Positions 20,018-29,966 of a stretch of DNA of 64,000 nt are shown piece after piece. The notes below the pieces were generated by a model. The model was not told the DNA's origin. It made no database searches and worked only from the letters and a program-made list of their open reading frames with translations. The DNA comes from an uncultured delta proteobacterium (GTDB taxonomy: Bacteria > Desulfobacterota > Desulfobacteria > Desulfobacterales > UBA2156). Positions within the stretch are counted from its first letter, which is position 1. Every line of letters starts with the position of its first letter. The stretch is taken from assembly GCA_963736855.1 (NCBI GenBank), contig CAVTQK010000021.1, positions 544,001-608,000 on the forward strand, given 5' to 3'. The position numbers were made by a program, and so were the translations under genes.

Positions 20018-20299
20018 TCTCCTGCAAGCTCGAACCACAATTGGGATATAATAACGATCCCGGCCAATTGTCCATCGCGCCGCTGCACCAGGAGAACGGG
20101 GGAATAGTTATCGCTGGAATCTCTACCTCATGTGACAACCGTTCAGTCTTATGGTTTTCGCGGACCTGACACTACCGGAGTGATAAATCCAAATCGTAAA
20201 CAAGAACCCCGAAGTATCGGGTTACGCGAATTTTAAGCCGCCAGTAAGAGCAGGGTCCTGTTGTGCTAACCGTTCCGGAGAGGATCTCGCCTTGTCTGA

Positions 20300-20647
20300 A
20301 TGCATGAAATTGCGCAGACCTGTTATGCCCTGCCGGAGATAAGGGCGACAGGCCTTGAAGGCTACTTCGATCCCGTGATCATCTCCGCGCCTCGCGGGTA
20401 TAGGAAGCCCGACCCGCGGCTCTGGGGAGAGGCGCTTCAGATTATGAAACTGAATCCCTCTCAGGCCATCTATGTCGGCAATGACATGTACCGAGACATC
20501 TTTGGCGCACAACGGGTTGGCATTAGGACCATCTTGGTGGACTCAAACCAAGGAGCCAGGTCCTACGAGAACATCACACCAGACTTCTTTGCTGCCCGGT
20601 TTGAGCAGGTAATAGATGGGATCGTGTCGGTCGATCCTTTCCATTAA
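20300..20647 (+). pseudogene. HAD-family hydrolase, C-terminal fragment
   Basis: RKPDP and YVGNDMYRDIFGA motifs; N-terminal DxD motif missing. Confidence 0.7.
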
Positions 20648-21057
20648 AAAATTCTGGGGTCACACGCCCTGGAGGCTGAAGATAAACATCGGGAAGGAAG
20701 CGACCGAATGACATCACCACCTGTCCGTCGGCTGATATTGCGATTGAGTGCATCGGTGATCTGTTCAACAACGACTTATCTCTGCAGTCAATCTAGACAA
20801 TACATAGCCGAATACCCATTGAGTAAGGTCACGATGCACCTTAAACAACCCGATTTATTATCTTGAATATGGGGGAGTATCTCACCTCTCCGCTCACCGG
20901 GATGTTTTGGATTCCCCGGCCCCCCTCGTTTCGTAGAATGAAGTTGTGCAGAGGCAGGAGCTCAGAGAGATGTTGTCCAAATCTCCATCCAAACTCTTGA
21001 CTCTTCGGCGGGAAACCAAGGGGTCGTAATAGAAAGTTAGATTCTCCGCCGCGGTTC

Positions 21058-21205
21058 CCTCCACATCTGGAGGTTCCACCAAATATTGAGGCCAAACCAA
21101 TCGAATCATCCTTCTCCACTTTCCACTCATGTTACTCTAATCCATTGTTATTAAAGAGTGATTCCAGCTTTATGGTTTTCACGGTCTTCTGGCAAGCCAT
21201 TTGCA
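21058..21205 (+). promoter_or_regulatory. Module B: tandem palindromes plus sigma54 promoter
   Basis: CCTCCACATCTGGAGG (21058), CCACCAAATATTGAGG (21076); TGGCAAGCCATTTGCA with GG at 21191. Confidence 0.8.
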
Positions 21206-21297
21206 GTGATTACTTGCATGATCCTTGATACCAAGGGCCCAGAAGGTAAATTTATCTGGAAAGACGAATTGAATCGTCAGAAAGGAGGCCAGTTGCC

Positions 21298-21432
21298 ATG
21301 CAAATCAGTCTATCGCCACAGCCGATAGTTTCCTTAATCGCGGGAATCTTGATTCTCCTTGTCCCGAGGCTGCTGAATTACATCGTTGCCATCTATCTTA
21401 TTATATTTGGCATCCTCGGATTGATTCGCTGA
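21298..21432 (+). CDS. DUF3096 family small membrane protein (44 aa)
   Basis: Not in the ORF track; MQISLSPQPIVSLIAGILILLVPRLLNYIVAIYLIIFGILGLIR; AGGAGG RBS. Confidence 0.8.
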   Translation: MQISLSPQPIVSLIAGILILLVPRLLNYIVAIYLIIFGILGLIR

Positions 21433-21503
21433 ATGGCGCGAGAATGTAGAAAAGGTCTTATAATCAACCAATTCACTACAAACCCAAAAAAGGAGTAACC
21501 GCA

Positions 21504-21818
21504 ATGAAAAAGAGAAATGTCTTTATCCACTGTTTAATGGTTCTTATGCTGATCGGCACCCTTGCAGCCTGTGCATCGACATCCACCCGGGAAAGTACAG
21601 GGGAATACGTCGACGATTCGGTCATCACGACCAAGGTAAAATCTCTGCTTGCCGGAGATGATTTTCTCAAGTCATTCCAGATTGGTGTCGAAACTTACAA
21701 GGGCGTCGTTCAATTGAGCGGTTTTGTGAACACTAAAGAAGCCTCCAATAAAGCGGCTCAAATCGCCGGCGGCGTCAAAGGAGTCAAATCCGTGAAAAAT
21801 GATCTGGTCGTGAAATAG
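21504..21818 (+). CDS. BON domain lipoprotein (OsmY-like)
   Basis: LAAC lipobox, VDDSVITTKVK, GVVQLSGFV, VKGVKSVKNDL. Confidence 0.88.
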   Translation: MKKRNVFIHCLMVLMLIGTLAACASTSTRESTGEYVDDSVITTKVKSLLAGDDFLKSFQIGVETYKGVVQLSGFVNTKEASNKAAQIAGGVKGVKSVKNDLVVK

Positions 21819-21995
21819 CGACCGGCATCCCTTACCGGATGGAATATGGCAACCGCTCTGACGTATGGAAATTCCCCCTCAACCCTCCCCTCTCCCCCAT
21901 TTCCCGAGGAGAAGGAAGAGTTGATGGGGTCCAGAACAGGAATTTATTCAGTGAATTTACGACTTGGGACATCGGCAGGAAAATGGAGGAGAAAA

Positions 21996-22562
21996 ATGAA
22001 GAACGCTATTTTATCGACAGTACTAATGGTTTTTGTATTGGCCTTGTTTTCGGGTTGTGCCACGATGCCTCAAACATGGCCGGATTATGAAAGGAACGCA
22101 GAGAACAAGATGGTTGTAATCCAGGAGAAGATTGGAGATGGGCTGAAAACCGGCGCTCTTTCTCCTGATCAGTCACAGATGTTTCTGGCGACACTGAAAA
22201 GTATTCGAACAGATTATGCGGCGCTGAGAGACAAAAGCGTTTACCGTGACGAATGGGACAGGCTTCATGGAAGACTTGATGCACTTGGAGAGGAAATCAA
22301 CAGGGCGCTTTCCCGGCCTGCAAGAATTGAAGAAACAAGGAATGGGGACAGGATTGTCGCACTCCAAAGGAAAATTGATGATGGAAAAATCAGCAGGCGT
22401 TTGCCTTCGACGGAGGGTCGAGAATTTCAATCCAGACTGGACTCCGTTCGGCGTGATTATCTGCGGATGACGGAAGGAGGCAGGTCCATCACGTACGAGG
22501 AGAGTGCAGACATTTCCCGCAGGCTCGATTCATTGGAAACGGAATTAAACCGGTTCCGGTAG
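21996..22562 (+). CDS. Hypothetical lipoprotein with internal helical repeat
   Basis: FSGC lipobox, GGAGG RBS, two similar halves (KIGDG/KIDDG, RLDAL/RLDSL). Confidence 0.7.
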   Translation: MKNAILSTVLMVFVLALFSGCATMPQTWPDYERNAENKMVVIQEKIGDGLKTGALSPDQSQMFLATLKSIRTDYAALRDKSVYRDEWDRLHGRLDALGEEINRALSRPARIEETRNGDRIVALQRKIDDGKISRRLPSTEGREFQSRLDSVRRDYLRMTEGGRSITYEESADISRRLDSLETELNRFR

Positions 22563-22743
22563 AATTTATCAGAGAATCGGCGGATAGGGCTGAAGGTATG
22601 TGCAGGTGGTTTACAGGCAGTAATGAGATCACAGGTTGATGAAATGGGGCCGATCTTGTTTCGATACCGCAATGGTCTTTTGCGAACGGAGACGGATCGG
22701 CCCCATCATGCTTATCAAAAGGAAACATGGGATGATAGAGACC

Positions 22744-23157
22744 ATGAAAGAGACGATAAAACCTCTATCCTCAAACGCAGGGCAAAGACTATCCGGACGT
22801 ATCCTTGTGGCTGAGGATAATAAGGCTATTAAGAAAATAGTTTCCGGGTTCCTTGGTTTCATGGGATTTGAAGTGGCTCTTGTCGAAAACGGCCTTGAAG
22901 CGCTCTCTCTGTTTCTCAAGACCTCATTCGATTTGGTTCTGACCGACCTCGACATGCCCGTCATGGACGGTTGGAGCTTGACACGCCGCATTAAAGAAAG
23001 GTCGCCTGACACTCCGGTGGTATTGATGACGGGTGAGGATAGGAAGACCGTTTTGAGGAAGGCGGAAAGATGGCCTGTTGACTCAGTCCTATTCAAGCCG
23101 TTTGAACTGGAAGATCTTAAAAGGACAGTCCAAGAAGCGCTGGAGTTGCGGAAATGA
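22744..23157 (+). CDS. Single-domain response regulator
   Basis: ILVAEDN, TDLDMPVMDG, LMTG, KPF; start uncertain. Confidence 0.8.
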   Translation: MKETIKPLSSNAGQRLSGRILVAEDNKAIKKIVSGFLGFMGFEVALVENGLEALSLFLKTSFDLVLTDLDMPVMDGWSLTRRIKERSPDTPVVLMTGEDRKTVLRKAERWPVDSVLFKPFELEDLKRTVQEALELRK

Positions 23158-23381
23158 AAATTATGTGTTTTTCGTGCCGCCAAGAAATCGATTCGGATCA
23201 TCAGGCGTTCAGTAATTTCAGGGGTTCCCTCAGATGCCTGAATTACAGAGTCGTGATGGAAATACAGACAATGAGAGGAGTTCTAATCTGGTGCTATCCA
23301 TTATCAGACATGAATCCCGATCTTGCTGGCGGACTCTCCGAACATGATCTCTAAGCGGTGCAAAAAAGGGATATCCACTCT

Positions 23382-23591
23382 ATGGCGAAACATGGTCGAG
23401 ACATGAATGAAAAGAGACAGAGCGCCGGGTCCAAAGCTGATTTTATCCGATTGTCCGGTATTGGGTCGGAGCTTGCAGAGTTCGTGAATCATTTTGTCGA
23501 AAAGCCCGAAATTTTATATTCAATGCCTTTCGAAAGGCGGCGCGAAATTGAAAATAGGATGGACGCATTTCTGTCTTTGTTTGAGCAATGA
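23382..23591 (+). CDS. Small hypothetical protein
   Basis: Co-oriented ORF only; start uncertain. Confidence 0.35.
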   Translation: MAKHGRDMNEKRQSAGSKADFIRLSGIGSELAEFVNHFVEKPEILYSMPFERRREIENRMDAFLSLFEQ

Positions 23592-23802
23592 CAAGCCATA
23601 CACCGCAACAGCTTCATCGCGGCCGTGGTGATTCAAATTCGCTCCATTCAAGATCGATGCCTGTAACATACCTGGAATGTTTCTATGCAGCGGGGCATTG
23701 GGCAAAGCGGTTCGTCTGCTCACGTTCCCGGTTTTGATAGTCGTTCCCTGGCACAATTTCCGTGACAGGTATCCAAGAATTTCTTTACTAGGAGAAGACG
23801 AA

Positions 23803-24024
23803 ATGAACGCAGTCAAGATTGCGGCAATCGTGCTGATCATGGTTGGCATCCTGGGGTTGGCGTACGGTAGTTTCAGCTACACCAAGGAGACTCACGAGGC
23901 CAAGATAGGGCCGATCGAGCTGTCGGTAAAGGACAAACAGACTGTAAACGTCCCTGTTTGGGCCGGCGTAGGGGCGATAGTTATCGGCGGCGTGCTCCTG
24001 CTTTTCGGAAGCAAGAAGAGATAG
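23803..24024 (+). CDS. Small two-helix membrane protein (DUF3185-like)
   Basis: MNAVKIAAIVLIMVGILGLAYGSFSYTKETH..IGPIEL..VPVWAGVGAIV; AGGAG RBS. Confidence 0.75.
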   Translation: MNAVKIAAIVLIMVGILGLAYGSFSYTKETHEAKIGPIELSVKDKQTVNVPVWAGVGAIVIGGVLLLFGSKKR

Positions 24025-24111
24025 CCGCTGCACCTGTGGCGGCTTATTCGGCTCAATAGCGACACCTGCGGTGGGAGCTGTGACGCTGCTATTCGAAATG
24101 CCGCTGCCAAG

Positions 24112-24375
24112 TGTCAATGGGAATTAAAAGTGTGCTCGTTCTGGGAAAATATAAGTGTACCACCTGCTGCCTCAATTTTGCGTTTCTCCGATAGGGGCCA
24201 GAGGATCCGGCCGGTTCACGGTGTTTGTCTGGAGCATGTGTTTCCTCAGACGGTAGCTGTGACCTTTCATGTTGATGACCCGGCAGTGATGGAGTGGCCG
24301 GTCCAGGATGGCGGTGGCGATGACCGGGTCGCCGAACAGCTCCTGTCAGTCTCCGAAGCTTTTATTGGAGGTGAT
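24112..24375 (-). mobile_element. IS21-family remnant: istB 3' fragment and terminal repeat
   Basis: Minus strand reads [42 protein letters not shown] (internal stop); end sequence TGTCAATGGGAATTAAAAGTGTGC at 24112. Confidence 0.8.
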
Positions 24376-24413
24376 AGGGAATTGTTATCATTTTTAATGC
24401 GGCCACCGAAAGG

Positions 24414-24617
24414 TTGACGGGTCATTCTGCTGAGAATACGATCGGTAAGATATCCATTCAGGAGATTTATGATATCCCTGAAATGGCCCGGAAAATCAAG
24501 GAGCAGATTTTCAGCGAAGACTTTGGGGGCTCCGGACGCCTGGACGGGGTTGAAGTGACCGTGAAAGGCCCTGAAGGGGAAAAGATCCCGATTCGCTTGT
24601 CCAAGGAGTCAGATTAA
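24414..24617 (+). pseudogene. PAS domain fragment
   Basis: TGHSAENTIGK...EVTVKGPEGEKIPIRLS, truncated at both ends. Confidence 0.55.
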
Positions 24618-24643
24618 GATCCGGCTCTCCTTCAAAAGGTACC

Positions 24644-24792
24644 CCTCAATATATTGTGGCTCCACCAAATATTGAGGCCAGACAAATCATCTTTCCCCTT
24701 CTTTATGCCTTTATTTATTCATATAACGCCTTGTTATTAAAGTTAAGTATCCAAATCTTGGATTTTTCCCGGTTGTTGGCATGCTACTTGCG
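24644..24792 (+). promoter_or_regulatory. Module C (diverged): tandem palindromes plus sigma54 promoter
   Basis: CCTCAATATATTGTGG (24644), CCACCAAATATTGAGG (24662); TGGCATGCTACTTGCG with GG at 24778. Confidence 0.78.
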
Positions 24793-24931
24793 GTTACTCT
24801 CTATGTGATCCTGATCACACCGTACCTGCGTTAAAAAGGAGAACGGAAGCGCGGTCCCAGCCGGCAGTTTGACTACGATGGTTGGGGCTGACGATCCATT
24901 AGTCAAACTAAATTACGAAAGGGAGACCGTC

Positions 24932-25111
24932 ATGAAATCAGGAACAAGGGACGAAGCGGAAGGCAAGTTTCACCAAATGAAGGGAAAGGTCAAGGAGATC
25001 GCCGGGAAACTGAGCGATGATTCAAACTTGGAAGCTGAAGGTACCAATGAAAAGAGAGCCGGGAAAGTTCAAGAAAAGACCGGCCAGATCAAAAAGGTAC
25101 TGGGGAAGTAG
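24932..25111 (+). CDS. CsbD family protein
   Basis: EGKFHQMKGKVKEIAG...LEAEG...GKVQEK. Confidence 0.85.
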   Translation: MKSGTRDEAEGKFHQMKGKVKEIAGKLSDDSNLEAEGTNEKRAGKVQEKTGQIKKVLGK

Positions 25112-25261
25112 TGAGAGCGGTGTATCATACATGTACCGGCGTGTCTTTTGGCCCTTGGCTGCGGTTGCATGATACACCATTGCTAGTAATCCGAAAGGCA
25201 TGAGGCCTTCGGAGCAGAAGAGTTCGAAAAGCAACCCTAACAATGCAAGGAAAATAATAAA

Positions 25262-26044
25262 ATGAAAGCAATATATAATGTATCTTTAATAGCAGCAGCG
25301 ATCACTCTCTTTGTGATCAGCGTGCCTGTGCAGGCGTCAAAAATGGATGAGCAAATCGTATCGTCAGCCCAAAAGTCGTATGTGTTCAAGACCTACCTCA
25401 AGGACGATGATATTAAAATCCAGTCCAAGGATAGCGTTGTCACCTTGACCGGGACTGTTTCTGAAGAAGGCCACAAACAATTGGCCCGGGAGACTGTTGC
25501 AAGCCTGCCCGGAGTTAAAAGCGTGGACAACAAGTTGGAATTAAAAGGTGAAGTCCCTGCTGAGCACTCGGATGCGTGGCTCATGACGAAGGTGAAAACC
25601 AGCCTCCTGTTCCATCGCAGCGTGAGCGCCATCGCAACCGAGATCGATGTCAAAGACGGCGTCGTGACTCTGCGTGGTGATACTGCCAATCAGGCACAAA
25701 AAGACCTGACAACCGAGTACGCCAAGGATGTTGATGGGGTCAAAGAGGTCAAGAATGAGATGACAGTTGCAAAGACCCCTAAAAAACCGGAAGAAAAAAC
25801 GATGGGCAAAAAGATGAGTGACATTGTTGAAAAGATTGATGACGCATCCATCACCGCCCTGGTCAAGAGTACGTTGCTGTATCATCGCTCGACCAGCGGC
25901 CTCAACACCAAGGTCGAGACGAACAATGGAGTGGTCACATTGAGTGGCAAGGCCAAAAACAAGGCTGAAAAAGATCTGGCCACCAAATTTGTAAGTGATG
26001 TTCACGGCGTAAAGAAGGTGGTCAATAAAATGACCGCCCAGTGA
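25262..26044 (+). CDS. Periplasmic protein with three BON domains
   Basis: Signal peptide; three VVTLxG...GV..V.N units. Confidence 0.85.
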   Translation: MKAIYNVSLIAAAITLFVISVPVQASKMDEQIVSSAQKSYVFKTYLKDDDIKIQSKDSVVTLTGTVSEEGHKQLARETVASLPGVKSVDNKLELKGEVPAEHSDAWLMTKVKTSLLFHRSVSAIATEIDVKDGVVTLRGDTANQAQKDLTTEYAKDVDGVKEVKNEMTVAKTPKKPEEKTMGKKMSDIVEKIDDASITALVKSTLLYHRSTSGLNTKVETNNGVVTLSGKAKNKAEKDLATKFVSDVHGVKKVVNKMTAQ

Positions 26045-26056
26045 TCCGAGTTCAGT

Positions 26057-26099
26057 ACCCACCGGAACAGCCGGCTCGTTGCCGACTGTTCCGGTGGGT
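26057..26099 (+). terminator. Strong stem-loop after the BON gene
   Basis: ACCCACCGGAACAG...CTGTTCCGGTGGGT; no clear U-tract. Confidence 0.5.
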
Positions 26100-26267
26100 C
26101 ATCTATCCTATGAGCAGCTTCGTGGATTCCGCAAAGGTCTCCGTCAGGGCTGTATAGCGAAATCAGTCAAGGGTATCAAAGCTGTCAAAAACAGCCTTGT
26201 CGTGAAATGAACCGGCTGAAGCCAATTGATTTTGGATTTCAAATCATTTTTCAAAGGAGGACAAATC

Positions 26268-26425
26268 ATGCCAATCGGCACAATCTTACTCATAATTCTG
26301 ATACTGGCACTTGTGGGAATAATCCCAGTCTGGCCGCATAGCCGATCGTGGGGGTATGCACCCTTCGGTGTTGTGGGGCTGGTGGGATTATCCTTGTGAT
26401 TCTGCTCTTAATTGGCAGAATATAA
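26268..26425 (+). pseudogene. DUF3309 family membrane protein, frameshifted
   Basis: MPIGTILLIIL...WPHSRSWGYAP; the family-like tail IILVILLLIGRI* is in another frame (shift near 26385). Confidence 0.7.
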
Positions 26426-26519
26426 CCAACTCTTGAAAATCTATCACAAGCCGTTCGTAAAATGCCACTTTTTGTAACGAACCATTTAATGAAAGGGTTA
26501 AAACCACAGTAAGCGAAAT

Positions 26520-26779
26520 AGATAAAGCTATAGAGCATTTTAACTCTCTGCTCGACAAGTGGAATGATGAATTTGAAAAAATGGAGGACATGATCAGTAA
26601 GGCTGGCGGCAGATCCGAATGTCTACTACGACGAGCAATCAGCAGCACTACGGCCAACGAACCGTCATAAGACAAAGGATAAACCTGAGGAGATTAAAAA
26701 ATAGAGTGAGAACGCATGGAAAGATCTCAAGCAGGGTCTGGCAAACACATGGGCTGCCTTTGAGCAGGGCTTTAAATAA
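26520..26779 (+). pseudogene. Decayed paralog of the 16962-17252 coiled-coil protein
   Basis: LDKWNDEFEKME...EEIKK*SENAWKDLKQGLANTW, with a frameshift and a stop. Confidence 0.55.
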
Positions 26780-26797
26780 GTCGAATATTGATGTAAG

Positions 26798-26849
26798 TAA
26801 AACCTAAACTGAGCGATTTTTTATGAAAAATCGCTCAGTTTAGGTTTTA
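26798..26849. repeat. Perfect 24-bp inverted repeat with a 4-nt loop
   Basis: TAAAACCTAAACTGAGCGATTTTT-TATG-AAAAATCGCTCAGTTTAGGTTTTA. Confidence 0.9.
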
Positions 26850-26859
26850 GGAAAGTGAC

Positions 26860-28338
26860 ATGATGACGAATACAGACGACAGACGACAACGCTCAATCCT
26901 GCAGAGAATTGCCCATCGGGCGATGCTGGAAAGAGGACTTTTTCCGGATTTTCCCATCCAGGCGCTTGCAGAGCTCGACAAAATAATTGGGCCGGCGACG
27001 CAAACTGGGGAATCGATGCGCGATCTCAGGAACCTTCTCTGGTGCTCCATAGACAACGATGATTCGCTTGATCTGGACCAGCTTACCGTTGCCGAAGGCC
27101 TGCCCGACGGGGCCGCAAAGGTCCGGGTCGCTATTGCCGACGTTGACGCTGTCGTCAAAAAACGATCGGCCCTTGACAATCACGCGCGGCAAAACACCAC
27201 CTCGGTCTACACGATCGCCCAGACGTTTCCGATGCTGCCCGAGAAACTCTCCACGGATCTTACCTCTCTCAACTATAAATCAGACCGCCTGGCCATCGTC
27301 ATTGAAATGGTTCTTGCCGGAGATGGATCGGTACAGAGTTCGGACATTTATCGAGCGACGGTGCGTAATCAGGCCAAGCTGGCCTACAACAGCGTTGCCG
27401 CTTGGCTCGAGGGTAATGGTTCGATGCCGGAAGGGATCGGCATAGTCAAAGGTCTCGACGAAAACCTTCGACTTCAGGACCGCGTGGCACAGAAACTGAA
27501 AGCGCTCCGGCACCTGCACGGTGCGCTGGATCTCGAAACAATCGAAGCCCGTCCGATTTTTGACGGAGATCAGCTCAAGGATTTGGAAGCCGACAAAGGG
27601 AACCGGGCTAAGGAAATTATTGAGGACTTCATGATCGCTGTCAACGGCGTTACCGCGCGATACCTCGCGTCTAAAAAGGTTACATCGCTGCGGCGCGTGG
27701 TTCGCACACCCAACCGCTGGGACCGCATCATCGAGATTGCCGCAGAGCGGGGCTCAACGTTGCCCAGGGAGCCCGACGCAAAGGCACTGGAGCAATTCCT
27801 GGTATCGGCGAAAGCTGCCGATCCTCTGCGCTTTGCCGATCTCTCTCTCAGCGTCATCAAACTCCTGGGTTCGGGTGAATACGTCATCCAACTTTCGGGA
27901 GGCAGTGTCGCCGGGCACTTCGGTCTTGCGGTCAAGGACTATGCACACTCCACCGCCCCGAACCGTCGATACCCCGATCTGATTACCCAGCGGTTGTTGA
28001 AAGCGGCAATGGCGGGACGTGCCCAGCCGTACGAGAACGATGAATTGACAGCGCTCGCCAAGCACTGCACGAAAGCGGAAGATGCAGCGAAAAAAGTGGA
28101 GCGGCAAATCACAAAATCCGCCGCTGCCATGCTATTGGAATCAAGGATCGGGGAGCAGTTCGATGCCATCGTCACCGGCGCATCGTACAAAGGCACGTGG
28201 GTCCGTCTTCTGCATCCGCCCATTGAAGGAAGACTGGAGAGCGGTTTTGAAGGCATGGATGTCGGCCAGAGGCTCCGTGTGCAACTGGTCCGCACAAATG
28301 TGGAGCGCGGATATATCGACTTTACGAGAGTGGTGTAA
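26860..28338 (+). CDS. RNB domain ribonuclease (RNase II/R family, short form)
   Basis: SIDNDDSLDLDQ, IADVD, IEDFM, GHFGLA, HSTAPNRRYPDL. Confidence 0.88.
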   Translation: MMTNTDDRRQRSILQRIAHRAMLERGLFPDFPIQALAELDKIIGPATQTGESMRDLRNLLWCSIDNDDSLDLDQLTVAEGLPDGAAKVRVAIADVDAVVKKRSALDNHARQNTTSVYTIAQTFPMLPEKLSTDLTSLNYKSDRLAIVIEMVLAGDGSVQSSDIYRATVRNQAKLAYNSVAAWLEGNGSMPEGIGIVKGLDENLRLQDRVAQKLKALRHLHGALDLETIEARPIFDGDQLKDLEADKGNRAKEIIEDFMIAVNGVTARYLASKKVTSLRRVVRTPNRWDRIIEIAAERGSTLPREPDAKALEQFLVSAKAADPLRFADLSLSVIKLLGSGEYVIQLSGGSVAGHFGLAVKDYAHSTAPNRRYPDLITQRLLKAAMAGRAQPYENDELTALAKHCTKAEDAAKKVERQITKSAAAMLLESRIGEQFDAIVTGASYKGTWVRLLHPPIEGRLESGFEGMDVGQRLRVQLVRTNVERGYIDFTRVV

Positions 28339-28356
28339 GGAGGAACGGATTGCAGA

Positions 28357-28701
28357 ATGACGAGAGAGTCACCCCTGAAACCAGCTAACCCACGCATCCT
28401 CACGATCAATGGCGGCTCGTCGAGCATCAAGTTCGCGCGCCTCACTCTTAGGAGGCAGAGTAGCGGGGAGGAGTTGGCTTTCGGAGAAATCTCAACAGGA
28501 GCCCAAAACGACTTGCTGCTGGCTACAGACATTGTCAAATCCATGGTCACGGAATATGGCATGAACGATCGTCCGGGGCTTGTGACCTATGCACACGCTC
28601 GTCAGCCTCTGTTCCCGCCGGGAAGATTTGCTCCCAGCAAAATCTCCATCCAAACCATTGACTCTTCGGCCGGAAACCAAGGGGTCGTAATAGAAAGTTA
28701 G
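28357..28701 (+). pseudogene. Chimeric remnant: acetate kinase N-terminus fused to an internal ftsH fragment
   Basis: [14 protein letters not shown] followed by [30 protein letters not shown], similar to the intact ftsH at ~32240-32400. Confidence 0.75.
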
Positions 28702-28718
28702 ATTCTCCGCCGCGGTTC

Positions 28719-28866
28719 CCTCCATATCTGGAGGTTCCACCAAATATTGAGGTCAATCAAATCATTTCACCCTTATCTACGCTTCTCCCTTATTCATCTA
28801 ACCCAGCGTTATGAAAAGATAATCCCAAACTCTTGATTTTTTCACAATGTTGGCAGGTCACTTGCA
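28719..28866 (+). promoter_or_regulatory. Module D: tandem palindromes plus sigma54 promoter
   Basis: Sites at 28719 and 28737; TGGCAGGTCACTTGCA with GG at 28852. Confidence 0.8.
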
Positions 28867-28878
28867 ATTACGATTTGC

Positions 28879-29205
28879 ATGATTCTGACCATCATACGAA
28901 TGAAGGTTCTTGCTGAGAAGCGCAAGGAGCTTTCCCAGACGATCGCATTACTGATCGGCTCCCTAAGGACAGAGAAGGGATGTCGGCGCTGCGACTTTTA
29001 CCGGAGTTTGGAGGATAAAAATGAACTCTGTATTCTTGAAGAATGGGATACCCGGGAGAACCTAGATAGCCACCTGAAGTCGGAGCGTTTTAGGGTCCTT
29101 CGGGGGGCGATGAATCTTCTCCAAGAGCCCTACGAAATGATGTTCCACACCGTAGCATCGGGAAAAAAGAAAACGGAAGCGCGGTCCCAGCCAGCAGTTG
29201 AATAA
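28879..29205 (+). CDS. ABM family monooxygenase, copy 2
   Basis: Near-identical to 16300-16626. Confidence 0.8.
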   Translation: MILTIIRMKVLAEKRKELSQTIALLIGSLRTEKGCRRCDFYRSLEDKNELCILEEWDTRENLDSHLKSERFRVLRGAMNLLQEPYEMMFHTVASGKKKTEARSQPAVE

Positions 29206-29264
29206 CCGGGATGACTGGGGCCAACGTACCATCTCTCAAACCAAATTCCGAAAGGAGGAATACC

Positions 29265-29444
29265 ATGAAATCAAGCAGAAGGGATGAGACAGAAGGCAAG
29301 TTGCACCAAGTGAAAGGTAAGATCAAGGAGATCGCCGGAAAAGTAAGCATGAATCCCGGCTTGGAAGCCGAAGGCAAAGAGGAAAACAGAACGGGCAAAG
29401 TTCAAGAAAAAATCGGCCAGTTCAAGAAACTCGTGGGGAAGTAA
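29265..29444 (+). CDS. CsbD family protein, copy
   Basis: Near-identical to 16686-16865. Confidence 0.85.
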   Translation: MKSSRRDETEGKLHQVKGKIKEIAGKVSMNPGLEAEGKEENRTGKVQEKIGQFKKLVGK

Positions 29445-29527
29445 AACGGAGTATCTTACGACGACACCCCTTGATCCCGCAGCCGCGGTTGGGTGTATAA
29501 TTGAGGATAAAGGAAAGGAGAAATGTC

Positions 29528-29680
29528 ATGGGAATAATCCTGATTGTCATTCTGGTTATCCTGCTTGTCGGCACTCTGCCCACCTGGCGCCACAGCTCTA
29601 GCTGGGGACCTTATCCCAGCGGCGGAATCGGATTGATTCTTCTGATCATAATCATCCTGTTACTGCTGGGACGGATCTGA
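29528..29680 (+). CDS. DUF3309 family small membrane protein (50 aa)
   Basis: Not in the ORF track; MGIILIVILVILLVGTLPTWRHSSSWGPYPSGGIGLILLIIIILLLLGRI; AGGAG RBS. Confidence 0.82.
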   Translation: MGIILIVILVILLVGTLPTWRHSSSWGPYPSGGIGLILLIIIILLLLGRI

Positions 29681-29966
29681 GATGGCGGTGAGGCATATGA
29701 ATTAATCCTCTGAATGCGGAATGGATAAGTTAGATTCTAATGGATTTCTGATAAAGTCGATGAGAAGAACCGGCTATGGATGCAATTCTATCTTCGTTTG
29801 AACGATGATAAGTCATACACCATAACACTTTCAATCATGCTGATCCAAGAGCTTTTTTAATAGGATGAGACGAAATGAAAGGAGTCAAGATTGAAGCAAT
29901 CGTTCGATCGGGCGCTTAAATGACTGCGGGGTCGGGTACACTTTTGCCCCAGGAAGGTAAATCAAC

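Larger units (their letters stand above)
28664..29444 (+). repeat. 781-bp direct repeat, copy 2
   Basis: Near-identical to 16085-16865. Confidence 0.9.

Noticed and set aside
23749..23764. TGGCACAATTTCCGT as a sixth sigma54 promoter before the DUF3185-like gene
   Set aside because: The -12 element is GT rather than GC and there is no upstream dyad pair; possible but unsupported.
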